Source: a virus
Lineage: Duplodnaviria; Caudoviricetes
Reading direction: 5' to 3' (one strand)
Length of the DNA: 41,852 bases
Virus record (IMG/VR): IMGVR_UViG_3300038829_000142
Location: 1-41,852 of that record
Below the pieces are notes generated by a model, which was not told where the DNA came from, searched no databases, and worked only from the letters and a program-made list of their open reading frames with translations. Each line of letters begins with the position of its first letter. The stretch's first letter is position 1. Position numbers and translations under genes: made by a program. Below are positions 7,369-17,508 of this stretch, in pieces.

Positions 7369-10218
7369 TTAACTCCTAAGGGACTGATTGGAAGTAGCTT
7401 CGGATTGTGAGAGATTTGGGGCACTACGGCGTGAGGGGGAGAGAACAGCACCGGCCTGAGCCGGGGTCTGGTAGTAGTTGGACTGGAGCATGGTGAGCAT
7501 GTCTCCTGAGGTGGAGGCTTCCGGCACCCCAAAGAAGATGCTTAGCTGCAGGCGGGTTTGGAAAGGAATGCTGCCCTTGTGCTCCACCAGCTCTGTGAGC
7601 ACGGTAAGGGCTTGTTCAGCGTAGAGGTCTGGCATCACAGTTTTGACCGCGTCTACAGCCTCATGGGTCAGACTACCGTCAACAAGCTTGTCAAGGAGTA
7701 GGTGGGGATATTCAAGGGCATTGAAGCGCTGCATGAACGAGGACATCTCGGCACGTGAGACCTGTGCAGCCTTGCCCGTGATGGGATTTCTAGCGCGGGA
7801 GGGCATGTGCCCCATGAGGTATGAGACCCCGGTGATCATGCGCTCACGTATCGCGTGCCCAACACCTGGGGAGATGTCATCTGCTGGGGCAGAGGTTCTC
7901 TCAATCTCATCAAGAAAGTCCTCGTGGAAGTTGCCCAGCCGCTCCAGGTGGTCTGCAGCTTGGTTGAACTCAACCTCGGTCTGGCGCTTGTCTCCTGCCC
8001 CCAGCATCCCGCGAGCCGCAATAAAGGCCACAGCCCTGGAACGAGGAGCTGCAGAGAGTGCGGCTCGTACGCCCGCGGCCTGCCTTTCTGCGGTCGTGGC
8101 AGCATTCCGGAGCACGTGAGCGGTGTTGAAGTATCGTTCGAAGGTGGCGTAGGGGGAGGACCTGTAGCGTGCCAAGCGTTTAGCCGCACCCATCGCAAAG
8201 GCTGTGAGGGGTCCTCCGATATAGAGTCCTCCTAGCTCTGCTGTGATTCCCGCACCCCCTCCAGGGATGTCCCCGTGCCGAAGGCTTCTGGATAGCTGGT
8301 GTGCCATTTTTCCAAAGCGCGCGTCTTTGATTGCAGCGGTGGCGTTCCTAAGCTCGGCCAGCATGGGCTGTGCATTAGGAAAGAATCGGGGGTAGTTTCT
8401 GACTGTGTCCTCCACAGCCTTGATTTGGTCCAGGAGCCCCAGTACCTCTTGCTTACCTGCAGGAGTGCCTACCATTCGCAGGGTGGTCTTGGCTCGGGTG
8501 CCAATCGAGAGCGGGGTGGCTTCTCTGAACGCACCACCGGCTATTTCTGTGCGTGCCGTAAGGAAGGTACGAAGAGCGTCTCTTCGGTTGGCTTGGGCCG
8601 CTGCGATGGGGCCCCACACAGCCTCGTTTCCTAGGAGGTCATTTAGCTGTTCTCGGGTCTCACGGATTGCTACACGCACAGGTTCGCTATGTGCAGCTTG
8701 GGCGTGCAGGTGCAGTTGCTTGGAGGTCTCCACCGCGTCCACGTAGAGGCGGGTAAGCTCATCTGCACTGCCTGAGCGGGCTACGGTGGAGGCCCTTCTT
8801 GAGAGATGCACATACTGCTGATATATGTCGTCCAGGCTCCGGGTGTCTGGGGCTCGGGCAGCCTGGGTAAGGGGTGTGAGCTGTTCAGAGTGCAGTGCGT
8901 CAAGGGGCGTAGCTTTTCCAAGCTCATCCATGGCACTCAGCCCTACCTGGCGCGTGTTGGGATGAAAGTCCCCCAGCTCGGCTACGGACGCAATAGGCGT
9001 CACATCCTCTAGTGCAGAGTCCACAGCGCTAAGGGACTTATGGAGTGACATGCCTGCACGGGAGGCGGCTTCATCTACGAACTCAGCCTCGGTGTGCCTC
9101 AGTGCAGCTTGGATTTCCGGGTGTGCGGCTAGGCGAGCTACACTCCCACGTCCCGATAGCTCTCCTGAGCGGTCGAGCAGCTTCATCTCAAGTCGGCTGC
9201 CGTTGTGGTAGGCCGTGTCCCCAAGCTCCATGGCCTCTGTCAGCTCATCTCGGGTACTGTGTGAGGTGCCCAGGGCACGCAGGCGGTCCTCATTGAGGAC
9301 TCTGCTACCTGCAGTGCGCCGCATCTTCTTCATCAGGGCACCGAGCCCCCCTGTGGCAAGCTCTACGCTGCCCCCAACGGCACCCCAGAGACCCACATCA
9401 GCAAGGAGTTGGTCTGCTACGAGGGTCTTGTTTCTTGCCACTGCATCGGCCACGTCATAAGCTGCTGCACCGAAGGCACCCTCTGCTGCACCGGCTAGCG
9501 TACGGGCTGTGAGGCGAGCGGCTGTAGGAGCAATCCCACGAGCAATGAGAGCCGCCTCGACTCCCCGGACCGAGTTGCCCGCACGAGTGGCTAGACCTAC
9601 GATGCCCCCTGAGTTTTTTGCCACAAGTTGTGCGGCAGAGCTTTCAGCAACTCGGGTGCCCAGGGCAGAGAGACCTCGGGTCACGAGTCCGGGGCCTGCA
9701 GCAGAAGCCAAGGCATTGACAACCTGTCCCGCCCCGTACATGCCAGGATTGGACTCGGTCATGCGTTCAAACTGAGGGCTGAGGTCATTTCCGGTAATCG
9801 CCCCAGCAGCACGCACACCGATACCTACGAGGGGACCTCCGCCCAAGCCTGCTAGAAAGGCACTGCCCCCCATCTCATCGTACTGAGCCTGGAGCTGGGC
9901 TTCCTGTTCAACCTCGGTCAGCCGAGAGTGCCCTGACCTGGATGTGTCTCCAAAGCGCACGCCCTGCTTCACGTAGTCCGTAAAGAGGGACATGGCCTCG
10001 GTGCCTGGGATGTCACGGGCTACGGGTCCAGACTCTACTTCAAGGGTGTAAGGTACGGGGCGTGACGGATCGAAGTCCCACTCCCTGCCTGCCTGGCTCT
10101 CTGAGACCGCAAAGCGAAGAGCGTTGTTGATGCCCTGCACCCGATGGGTCTCCAGCTCCCCCGCACCATTTGTGCGTTGCAGGGTGTACTGGATAGGGGC
10201 GTGGTCAGACTCAGACAT
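7369..10218 (-). CDS. Large internal virion/ejection protein (putative)
   Basis: 949 aa, Ala-rich helical with Gly-rich hydrophobic segments; podovirus gene order. Confidence 0.6.
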   Translation of the reverse strand: MSESDHAPIQYTLQRTNGAGELETHRVQGINNALRFAVSESQAGREWDFDPSRPVPYTLEVESGPVARDIPGTEAMSLFTDYVKQGVRFGDTSRSGHSRLTEVEQEAQLQAQYDEMGGSAFLAGLGGGPLVGIGVRAAGAITGNDLSPQFERMTESNPGMYGAGQVVNALASAAGPGLVTRGLSALGTRVAESSAAQLVAKNSGGIVGLATRAGNSVRGVEAALIARGIAPTAARLTARTLAGAAEGAFGAAAYDVADAVARNKTLVADQLLADVGLWGAVGGSVELATGGLGALMKKMRRTAGSRVLNEDRLRALGTSHSTRDELTEAMELGDTAYHNGSRLEMKLLDRSGELSGRGSVARLAAHPEIQAALRHTEAEFVDEAASRAGMSLHKSLSAVDSALEDVTPIASVAELGDFHPNTRQVGLSAMDELGKATPLDALHSEQLTPLTQAARAPDTRSLDDIYQQYVHLSRRASTVARSGSADELTRLYVDAVETSKQLHLHAQAAHSEPVRVAIRETREQLNDLLGNEAVWGPIAAAQANRRDALRTFLTARTEIAGGAFREATPLSIGTRAKTTLRMVGTPAGKQEVLGLLDQIKAVEDTVRNYPRFFPNAQPMLAELRNATAAIKDARFGKMAHQLSRSLRHGDIPGGGAGITAELGGLYIGGPLTAFAMGAAKRLARYRSSPYATFERYFNTAHVLRNAATTAERQAAGVRAALSAAPRSRAVAFIAARGMLGAGDKRQTEVEFNQAADHLERLGNFHEDFLDEIERTSAPADDISPGVGHAIRERMITGVSYLMGHMPSRARNPITGKAAQVSRAEMSSFMQRFNALEYPHLLLDKLVDGSLTHEAVDAVKTVMPDLYAEQALTVLTELVEHKGSIPFQTRLQLSIFFGVPEASTSGDMLTMLQSNYYQTPAQAGAVLSPSRRSAPNLSQSEATSNQSLRS

Positions 10219-12332
10219 TAGCGTACCGTGGCCCTGTGCGTGCCATCAGGGTCTACAGTCACTGGGCCCACTTGAGCCGCACCTGTATTTGTGCGACCTG
10301 AGTCCCGCCTACCCGTGGGCTGTGGCGCAGAACCTGCAGCGGCAGCCGCTGTGGCTGTGCGGGAGTTACCCACTCGCAGGGTGCCTCCCTGGGCTTCTAC
10401 GGTGGACCTAGCCCGGAGTAGGACGTAGTTCTCAAGAGCACTCAGAATCTCTGGCATTGCCCCTGCTCTGAAAGAAAGGGCACTGGGCAGCAGGTGGTCT
10501 TGCATGTACTCAATGTCTGATTTTTGCACCGTACCGAGGTTCTGCACCCCCGCAAGAGGGGCGATGAGGGCCTTGACCTTGGTGGAGAACGAGCCGAACA
10601 TTTCGGAGGCTGCCAGCTCTGCCCAGCTACTGCTTTCTATTTCGCGCCGAAGAACATCGATTTGTTCCTGTGCCACGTTGATTGCGTCCAGGGATGCGTA
10701 TAGATTCTGTCGGGCCTCCCGGGTGCCTCTATCGTAAGCAGCGGGCATGCTGAGAGAGAAGCGCCCAATCTCTCGGGTTTGGCTGGCACCCAAGACTTCA
10801 CGGGCCGCCATTCGTTGAGCATCTGTAAGGGGTCGGCCACTCAAGGAGTAGGGCACCGGGCTCCCGTTCCTGAGTAGGACACGTCCATCCACGTGGGACC
10901 GCTGCCAATCCACGCCTGGAGGCGGTTCTGGTACCCCCTGTCCGTTGGGTGCGGGGGCAGCAGGCGGGGCTATCTCGGCCGCTGTAATGGGCGCCATAGC
11001 ATCTGTGGGGGGTGCCCCTGGAGGTGCTGTTGGGGCCATCTGTGGAGGCATGGCCTGAGCTTGCGCTTGGGGGCGGACACGCCGGGACCGTGCTGTGGTG
11101 GGCAGGGGAATCGAGACCCGACCCGAGGCCACATCGGTGTTTGCACCGGCCTGGGCTGCGGTCTCCATGGCACCGACTCCGCCTGCGTAGGCTGCGGTGG
11201 CATCCCGTGTAAGCTTCTGTTGCACCGCAAGTGCTACGTCTGCTGAGGCTGCGGAGATTCGGTAGCGCCCCTGGTGTTCATTCATCTCGGCTAGGGCAAG
11301 CTGCCCCTTCTGCCTAAGTTCTGCAGCGAGCTGGGCACCCTGGTAGATACGGCCCTGAGAGGCATATTGGGAGGTGATTTCCTCGGCGTGGAGGGCGGCC
11401 TGCTCAAGCATCATGGCCCGTGTGGCTGCGAGGGCACCTGCACGATTTTGAAACATGTCGAGGTTTTGAGCGATGAGATTGGAGCGCATCTGCACTGCCC
11501 GCTGGTCTGCCTCAAGATTGACCTGTTGAGCCTGAATATCGCGGTCAATGGCACCTTCGATGATTCGAGCTGCAGGATTGCCCATGCGAGGATCTACACT
11601 TTGTGCTACTGCCCCAAGAGCCATGCTGATGGCACCGAGAACGCGTGCACCGCTTCCCCGGCTGGACCAGAAGTGATCGGGATCGATTTGCCTGTTGCGA
11701 AGACTATCCATCTCCTGCCGAACCTGTGCCATGTCCGCCTGAGACATCGCCCAACCCTGCTCCTGCACAGCCTGGTGTTCTAGTGCAGCGGCTGCAGCAA
11801 CCTCATTGGCTTGAGCCTGTGCCTGCGCAATCTGCGCATCACGTTCCATTTCCACGCGAGCCTGGGCCTCAATGGCGCTTGCCTGGGCTTCCAGTTGCCG
11901 CTGGTACTCGTCTTGATACTGTCCCCCTCCGAGGGTGCCTTCAATCTGCACATTGGACTGGGGGCGACCACCGCCCCTAGGAGCCGCAATCGTAGGAGGG
12001 GCCATACCCACAGCTTGGCCCGTAGGACCTGCTGTTACCCCTGTGTTACCTTGGGCTGCCAGCTCCTCTGCATCCGGGTCAGGAGGAGGACCCTCTCCAG
12101 CCGGAGGAGACTGTTCCCATGCAGCCGCTAGGGCAGAAGCAGGACCTGCAATAGGTGCAGAAGCACCTAGACCACCCATCTGAGCTACAGGCTGCTCCAC
12201 CTCATAGTTCAGACCACCCGTGGTTAGGTCAGACAGGGATAGGGAAGGTGCTGGGGCAAGAGTCCCCATCTCACCCTTGATAAGGAGTCCACCACCCTCT
12301 GAAGGAATACCAGGCATGTTTAGGGGTCCCAA
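10218..12332 (-). CDS. Internal virion/ejection protein (putative)
   Basis: 704 aa, Gln/Ala coiled-coil with Pro-rich linkers; gene order. Confidence 0.6.
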   Translation of the reverse strand: MGPLNMPGIPSEGGGLLIKGEMGTLAPAPSLSLSDLTTGGLNYEVEQPVAQMGGLGASAPIAGPASALAAAWEQSPPAGEGPPPDPDAEELAAQGNTGVTAGPTGQAVGMAPPTIAAPRGGGRPQSNVQIEGTLGGGQYQDEYQRQLEAQASAIEAQARVEMERDAQIAQAQAQANEVAAAAALEHQAVQEQGWAMSQADMAQVRQEMDSLRNRQIDPDHFWSSRGSGARVLGAISMALGAVAQSVDPRMGNPAARIIEGAIDRDIQAQQVNLEADQRAVQMRSNLIAQNLDMFQNRAGALAATRAMMLEQAALHAEEITSQYASQGRIYQGAQLAAELRQKGQLALAEMNEHQGRYRISAASADVALAVQQKLTRDATAAYAGGVGAMETAAQAGANTDVASGRVSIPLPTTARSRRVRPQAQAQAMPPQMAPTAPPGAPPTDAMAPITAAEIAPPAAPAPNGQGVPEPPPGVDWQRSHVDGRVLLRNGSPVPYSLSGRPLTDAQRMAAREVLGASQTREIGRFSLSMPAAYDRGTREARQNLYASLDAINVAQEQIDVLRREIESSSWAELAASEMFGSFSTKVKALIAPLAGVQNLGTVQKSDIEYMQDHLLPSALSFRAGAMPEILSALENYVLLRARSTVEAQGGTLRVGNSRTATAAAAAGSAPQPTGRRDSGRTNTGAAQVGPVTVDPDGTHRATVR

Positions 12333-13459
12333 TCTTCCGTTAGACCAGAACTAGAGTCTGCACCCCTAGGCTGCCCATAGGTGAAGCCTGCCTGTTGAGA
12401 GGAGGACTTTGGTGCAGTAGGTGTGGTGGGCGTGTAGGGGTTCTTGTCGTAGGCTAGAGGTGCAGGCATTGCAGAGTAGTCCGCCTGCTTACCCGCTTCT
12501 GAGGACGACTTCAGGGCTGCCTGCGCGGCAGAGACAGGGACAGAGGCACCTCCTGTGGCAATGGCCCCGCCTACCGTGCCTAGGACGTTGGCCCCAAGGC
12601 CAATCCAGCGCCACTTCTCCGCATTTGCAGCTTGCTGCTGCTGGAACGCCATCTGAGCATCCGCGATAGCTTTGTTGGTATCAATACCGTAGCGCTGAGT
12701 GGCATCGGCTACCCCGCTTTGGTACACACCTGCACCAATCTGGGTGTAGCCCAGGAGAGCCTGCTGGTAGAGCTGCTCAGCACTGGTACGTTGACCCGCA
12801 ATCGAGGCCAGCATCTGGCCCGCCAGGCTCTCTTTTTCCTTTTGCTCTTGGATGCGTGCAATGGCACCTTGAGCAAATGCACTCTCCATGGTGCGCTCAC
12901 CACCCATCTGAGCTTCTCTAAGGGCACGCTGCTGGCTGCCGCCCCTGCCACCCATGGCTGCAGCAGCACCTAGCTGGTCTTTGGCTGCTAGAGTGCCCTG
13001 CCGATTGAGCATGGCCTCAGCGACTGATGGCCCACCCTTCTTACGGAAGTTTTTCCAGTAGGCATCTTCCTTGTTTAGTTCTGCGTAGAGGCTGGCTCGG
13101 GACTTACCTGCAGTGCTGCGACCTTCTGCGATGGCTGCGTCTAGCCGGGCACGTTCGCTGGTGGAGTCACGCTGGGCGAGAAGGTCCTCATAGCCTCCGG
13201 GTGAGTTGGTCTTCTTGATGAAGTCTTGGGACTCTTCCTGAGTCTCTGCCCGCCTCTGCATGGGTCCGGTGAAGGCCGGGTCCTGCATGGCCTTTTCCAT
13301 GTTGAAGACACCATTTTCGGTGTACTTCGCTACGGTTTCAGGACTACGGAGCCACTCCTGGGCTTGGGTCTCATGCGCTGCGGAGTCAGCGTATTGTGCC
13401 CTCTGGAGGTCTTCGATTTCTTTGCGCCGAGCCGCTTCTTTTTGTGCACGCGTAGGCAT
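12320..13459 (-). CDS. DNA pilot/ejection-like protein (putative)
   Basis: Q/A-rich helices with a C-terminal glycine zipper (GLGANVLGTVGGAIATGG). Confidence 0.55.
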   Translation of the reverse strand: MPTRAQKEAARRKEIEDLQRAQYADSAAHETQAQEWLRSPETVAKYTENGVFNMEKAMQDPAFTGPMQRRAETQEESQDFIKKTNSPGGYEDLLAQRDSTSERARLDAAIAEGRSTAGKSRASLYAELNKEDAYWKNFRKKGGPSVAEAMLNRQGTLAAKDQLGAAAAMGGRGGSQQRALREAQMGGERTMESAFAQGAIARIQEQKEKESLAGQMLASIAGQRTSAEQLYQQALLGYTQIGAGVYQSGVADATQRYGIDTNKAIADAQMAFQQQQAANAEKWRWIGLGANVLGTVGGAIATGGASVPVSAAQAALKSSSEAGKQADYSAMPAPLAYDKNPYTPTTPTAPKSSSQQAGFTYGQPRGADSSSGLTEDWDP

Positions 13460-13462
13460 AGT

Positions 13463-14203
13463 CTAAAACTTCCATTGGGGCTGGAGGTACTTGCGAGGGT
13501 CAACAAATGCAGCGTTAGTCACAGGGTTGTTATAACTCGCCGTCACGGGGGAGGGTCCCGGTGTGCCAAAGTTGAAGCCTGCACTTGGGCTGGAGGCTGC
13601 CCCAGAGTTTGAGGCTGTGAGCTGACCACCAGGTGCACTCACCCCAGTGCCTTGGTCAGGTGTGCGCTGCGTGAGTAGGGCAGCCGCGGCAATGTTGGGT
13701 GAGGTGCCCTGCTGCCGAATGTTTGTGGGCCCCCCAGAGTTGATTTTGGGAGTGTACCGGGTATCTACGCCCCTACTCCCCATGTCCAGCCAATCCTTAG
13801 GGGGCACATAGACCGGGGCACCGACTACGGCAGCCTGCATGCGATTGGGGTCCTGTGCAGGAGGGGTGTAGTTGGCACCGCCACCATCCGTTTGATTCGT
13901 GGTGCTGCTACTAGCTATACTCCCACTATTCGGATCTTCACCCACAGTGTAGTTGCCCGCGGACTGGTTATATTGCTGGCCACCCCCATTGGTCTGGTTC
14001 GTGGTGCTGCTACTGGGGATGCTCCCACTGTTGGGGTCCTCACCCACCGTGTAGTTGGTTGGGGTTGGGGCCACCGCGGTGACCGGGGTCGTAGCCTGAA
14101 GGGGCTTTGGTGGCTTTGTATAGTCCTTGCTGGCCTTTATAATAGCGCTTGTATAGAGGTCACTTTTGTTCTTATACGCGGCATATGGGCTGTAAAAGGG
14201 CAT
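13463..14203 (-). CDS. Low-complexity S/T/N/P/G-rich protein with internal repeat
   Basis: Packed in the late operon; duplicated 26-aa unit. Confidence 0.75.
   Translation of the reverse strand: MPFYSPYAAYKNKSDLYTSAIIKASKDYTKPPKPLQATTPVTAVAPTPTNYTVGEDPNSGSIPSSSTTNQTNGGGQQYNQSAGNYTVGEDPNSGSIASSSTTNQTDGGGANYTPPAQDPNRMQAAVVGAPVYVPPKDWLDMGSRGVDTRYTPKINSGGPTNIRQQGTSPNIAAAALLTQRTPDQGTGVSAPGGQLTASNSGAASSPSAGFNFGTPGPSPVTASYNNPVTNAAFVDPRKYLQPQWKF
13877..14056 (-). repeat. Two 78-nt coding repeats NYTVGEDPNSGSI(P/A)SSSTTNQT(N/D)GGG at 13979-14056 and 13877-13954
   Basis: Hand alignment: 13 synonymous codon differences, 2 amino-acid changes. Confidence 0.95.
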
Positions 14204-14205
14204 AC

Positions 14206-17200
14206 CTATCCTCGTGTTCCTAGTGCCCGGTAGGGGTACAGGTTGGGTCTTAGGCCCACTTCAAACGTAAGGGCATAGAGCTTCAGCCAGCCCGCGCTGG
14301 CAGCTAAGTCCTTACCCTTAATCGCAACCTTGATACTCGTGAACTTTCGCCTAGCTGGCACCACAGCGTAGTTGAAGTCTCTTAGCACATTTCGTGCCGA
14401 AAGTCCAGTGAGAGTGTAAGTTTCCACATATGTGGTAGTATTGTCAAAATAGAGCTTCATCTCGAAGGTGCCCCCTACGTGGGTGTAGGTAGGGGAGGCG
14501 TAGGTCGCTGTTGTGGGGAAGGCTTGGCGTGTGGCCTGGATACCTACCTTATAGCATCGGGCAAAGCCCCCAATGTTCCCGAGGTGTAGCCAGCCTGTCT
14601 CAATGAGGGCTGAGGCTGTTTGATAGGTGGACCCCACGATGTTGGAGGGGGGGTTCCCGATGGCGTTGGAGGCTCTCCCGAAGGTGTAGGTGGTGGCTGT
14701 GGCGGAGGAGCCCCTACGGAAGTGCACCCGACCATCCTTGGTGTACATCTCAGAGATGGATGTGGTGGAGATAGCGGTGCTGCCTGAGCCTGGGCGGAGG
14801 CACCAGGTGAACCACACATTGCGTGCGTAGTCCCAGACCAAGTCATTGACTTGCCGGTCGGTCTCTGGGTCGAGACGAAGCTTGATGCCTACGTGGAACT
14901 GCTTCCGCTCAAGGTCGAGTGCTACACCGACCACTGTGGTGGTGACTCCACCGGCTGTGGGAGTGAAGAACCTACGGATAGGCTCGCCCACGTTGTGAAG
15001 CTGGAGGTTGCGGTCGAGGAGGTAGAAGCCTGCGGGACCCTGGAAGAGAACACCCATCTCGGTAGCGAGGACTGACTTGGAGTTTTCACAGCCTGCGGTG
15101 TTGGGTAGGGGTAGGGGACCCGTGAAGGCACCCCCAGTGCCCAAGTTGTTGGGACCTTCTCCGTAGATGTAGAAGACACCGGCCTTTTTGAAGGCGATGA
15201 TTTTATCATCGATGGCGGCTAGGGCTGTGAACGGACCTTCCCCATCCACACCGAAGATTTGTCCGATGGTGGACCATTCGGGGGACTGCCCAGAGGAAAC
15301 GTACTTGGAGAACCAAATCTCGGTGGGGTCTTCTGCGCTGATGCCCCAGAGGCGGCCTTTGGCTGCGATGAGGTGTCTAAAGGAAGGTGGTGTGGTAGGG
15401 ACTAGGTCACCACCCTCGGCATAGAGGGGCTCTGTGTTGAGGGTGTTGTTTTTTATAACAATGCGCCTAAGACCCCCTCCGCAAGGCACATCCAGCACGT
15501 TGCTGCCGGAGTTTGCAATCACACCCCGGCGGTAGAGGCCGGTCTTGCCAGCTACCGTGCGGTAGATTGTAGTTTTGACCCCAGAGCGAACTTTGCGATT
15601 CCAAAGCCCTACGTGATAGTTGGGGTCGGTCACATACACGTGCATCCCCGTGTTTGTGGCGAGGTTGGTTACGGACCCATAGGTCACATAACTGGGGCGG
15701 CTTCGATGCACCCTCCCGAGCCCATCCCCGTACTCGTAGACAGCCTTGAAGCCATACGATGTGGTCTGGGTGCCACTCGTGTGGACATCGTAGATAGAGG
15801 GGGCATAGTACATGGGGGACTCTGAGAGTTCCCCGCGAACGTCTTGTAGCAAGACCCCGCTCGCAATCAGGTCCACATCATTCATGTCCACGAGGGGCAT
15901 GGACTGGTAGTCCGCAGCCCAGACTCGGTTGAGGTCTACGCCATCCACCGCGGCATACTTACCCACGGGGGAAGCGACTACCGTGCGATCTCCATACCTA
16001 TCCTTGATTTCTCGGAAACCCACACTGTCCTTGACCAAGCGCTTACTAAGCGAGCACCATAGGGCACTTGAGACTGTGGCGGGTGTGGCGGTTACTGTGG
16101 TGCTTAGCTCAATCGGGAAGACTGCACCTCGGGTGCCCCCAGCCACATCGGTTGCGAACTTGGCAATGGGCTTGAAGTTGAAGTTGGAGAGACCGTTACC
16201 CGTGGTGGTGGACTTCCCCATGTTGGGCACCTTGGGACCAAGTACCCCTGTGCCGTAGGTTATGCCGCGTTGTACCCGCACGAGCCAGGAGTGGTCCGAG
16301 CTACGGTCGGCTCCTGCACCCACATATTGAAGGGCCATGACGGGGCCCCACTTCCCCGTACGCATGGGCTTTGAGAGGATGCGGTGGTGGTAAATAAACC
16401 CGCTCGTGGTTTGGAGAGTGGCGTCTGTGGCGAAAACGGTGGCCACATGCGTATACATCATGGGGTTGCCTGAGAAGGTGCCCGCAAACGAGGCTGCAGC
16501 GAGAACAGCGGAGGATGTGGCCTCTCCGATGGTTACGTTCATGCACTGGCTGTAGACCTTGCCTCCGGAGCTCGCTGCGGTTGCTACAAGGGTGGGCCCG
16601 CTAAGCTGGGTCAGGGAGGCGCCAAGTCTCCAAACCCGCATCTTGGGAGCTGCACCGCCTGCTGAGGAGACCGTGGCCACATAGATATTTCCGGTGCCAC
16701 TGTGCCGGCATATCGCCACCTTAGAACAAGTGGCCGTTGCTAGGAGCGTGGTAGTCCCTAGCCTCTTGCCCACGCTATTGAACCACCCCACCCGGCACCC
16801 TGCGCCCGCGGCACCCCCTCCGTTTGCAGGGTCTGCCACAACCACATAGAACCCCGTGGTGGTGTTTACACCCGCGTGCCCTGCATTGCAGGCATCCCAA
16901 AGACAGGTTGACCCCGAGGTTGAGCCACTCGCGTCAAAGGGCTCTATCTCCAAGGTCGTGGCTGTCCCGCTTGGGTAGGGGAGCATCCTGATAGAGCCCT
17001 GGTCAGGAGGACTGCCCACCAAGACACACACCCGGTTGAGACCTGCTTGGGGTATTGCCCGGACCCCGGTGCCATTTGAAATCGTAGCCGCAAAGCTCGC
17101 CAGACCTGCGTTGGCGTAGCTTGTGGTGGCAGCACCAAGATTCGTGGTGGAGAAGACCCCGATAAAGGGTCCTGAGATGGTGGAGCCCACACCTGTTCGG

Positions 17201-17508
17201 GCACTGAACACCACGGTCAGCCTTGTGCCCTGACGACACGAGGCCACCTCCAAGGTGTCATCTACAGAACCCGCCAGTGCAAAGGTGGAGATTGTAACTC
17301 CCTCGGGGGCACCTGCAGCGGCTGTGGTTGTGATCGACCTACGGCTCGCAGCCACAGTGACACTCGGCTGAATGACTAGGGCACCGTCCTGGTAAAGGTG
17401 CAGGTTATCCACCACATTGAAGAGGGGTGCAGGGAGCACCTCTGTGGCGGTCTTACTCTGCATCCCTGTGGCAAGGGGGATGGAGATAATCTGGCGCTGA
17501 AGTGCCAC
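14206..17508 (-). CDS. Tail nozzle/tubular protein B-like (beta-propeller) virion protein
   Basis: 1100 aa; RLW...IWFSK, IIAFK, GC..SKSV, ETGW and RxYKV segments typical of podovirus nozzle proteins; follows the adaptor. Confidence 0.65.
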   Translation of the reverse strand: MALQRQIISIPLATGMQSKTATEVLPAPLFNVVDNLHLYQDGALVIQPSVTVAASRRSITTTAAAGAPEGVTISTFALAGSVDDTLEVASCRQGTRLTVVFSARTGVGSTISGPFIGVFSTTNLGAATTSYANAGLASFAATISNGTGVRAIPQAGLNRVCVLVGSPPDQGSIRMLPYPSGTATTLEIEPFDASGSTSGSTCLWDACNAGHAGVNTTTGFYVVVADPANGGGAAGAGCRVGWFNSVGKRLGTTTLLATATCSKVAICRHSGTGNIYVATVSSAGGAAPKMRVWRLGASLTQLSGPTLVATAASSGGKVYSQCMNVTIGEATSSAVLAAASFAGTFSGNPMMYTHVATVFATDATLQTTSGFIYHHRILSKPMRTGKWGPVMALQYVGAGADRSSDHSWLVRVQRGITYGTGVLGPKVPNMGKSTTTGNGLSNFNFKPIAKFATDVAGGTRGAVFPIELSTTVTATPATVSSALWCSLSKRLVKDSVGFREIKDRYGDRTVVASPVGKYAAVDGVDLNRVWAADYQSMPLVDMNDVDLIASGVLLQDVRGELSESPMYYAPSIYDVHTSGTQTTSYGFKAVYEYGDGLGRVHRSRPSYVTYGSVTNLATNTGMHVYVTDPNYHVGLWNRKVRSGVKTTIYRTVAGKTGLYRRGVIANSGSNVLDVPCGGGLRRIVIKNNTLNTEPLYAEGGDLVPTTPPSFRHLIAAKGRLWGISAEDPTEIWFSKYVSSGQSPEWSTIGQIFGVDGEGPFTALAAIDDKIIAFKKAGVFYIYGEGPNNLGTGGAFTGPLPLPNTAGCENSKSVLATEMGVLFQGPAGFYLLDRNLQLHNVGEPIRRFFTPTAGGVTTTVVGVALDLERKQFHVGIKLRLDPETDRQVNDLVWDYARNVWFTWCLRPGSGSTAISTTSISEMYTKDGRVHFRRGSSATATTYTFGRASNAIGNPPSNIVGSTYQTASALIETGWLHLGNIGGFARCYKVGIQATRQAFPTTATYASPTYTHVGGTFEMKLYFDNTTTYVETYTLTGLSARNVLRDFNYAVVPARRKFTSIKVAIKGKDLAASAGWLKLYALTFEVGLRPNLYPYRALGTRG

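Noticed and set aside
13877-14056. Diversity-generating retroelement TR/VR pair or CRISPR array
   Set aside because: Differences are synonymous, not adenine-specific; no reverse transcriptase; no spaced repeats
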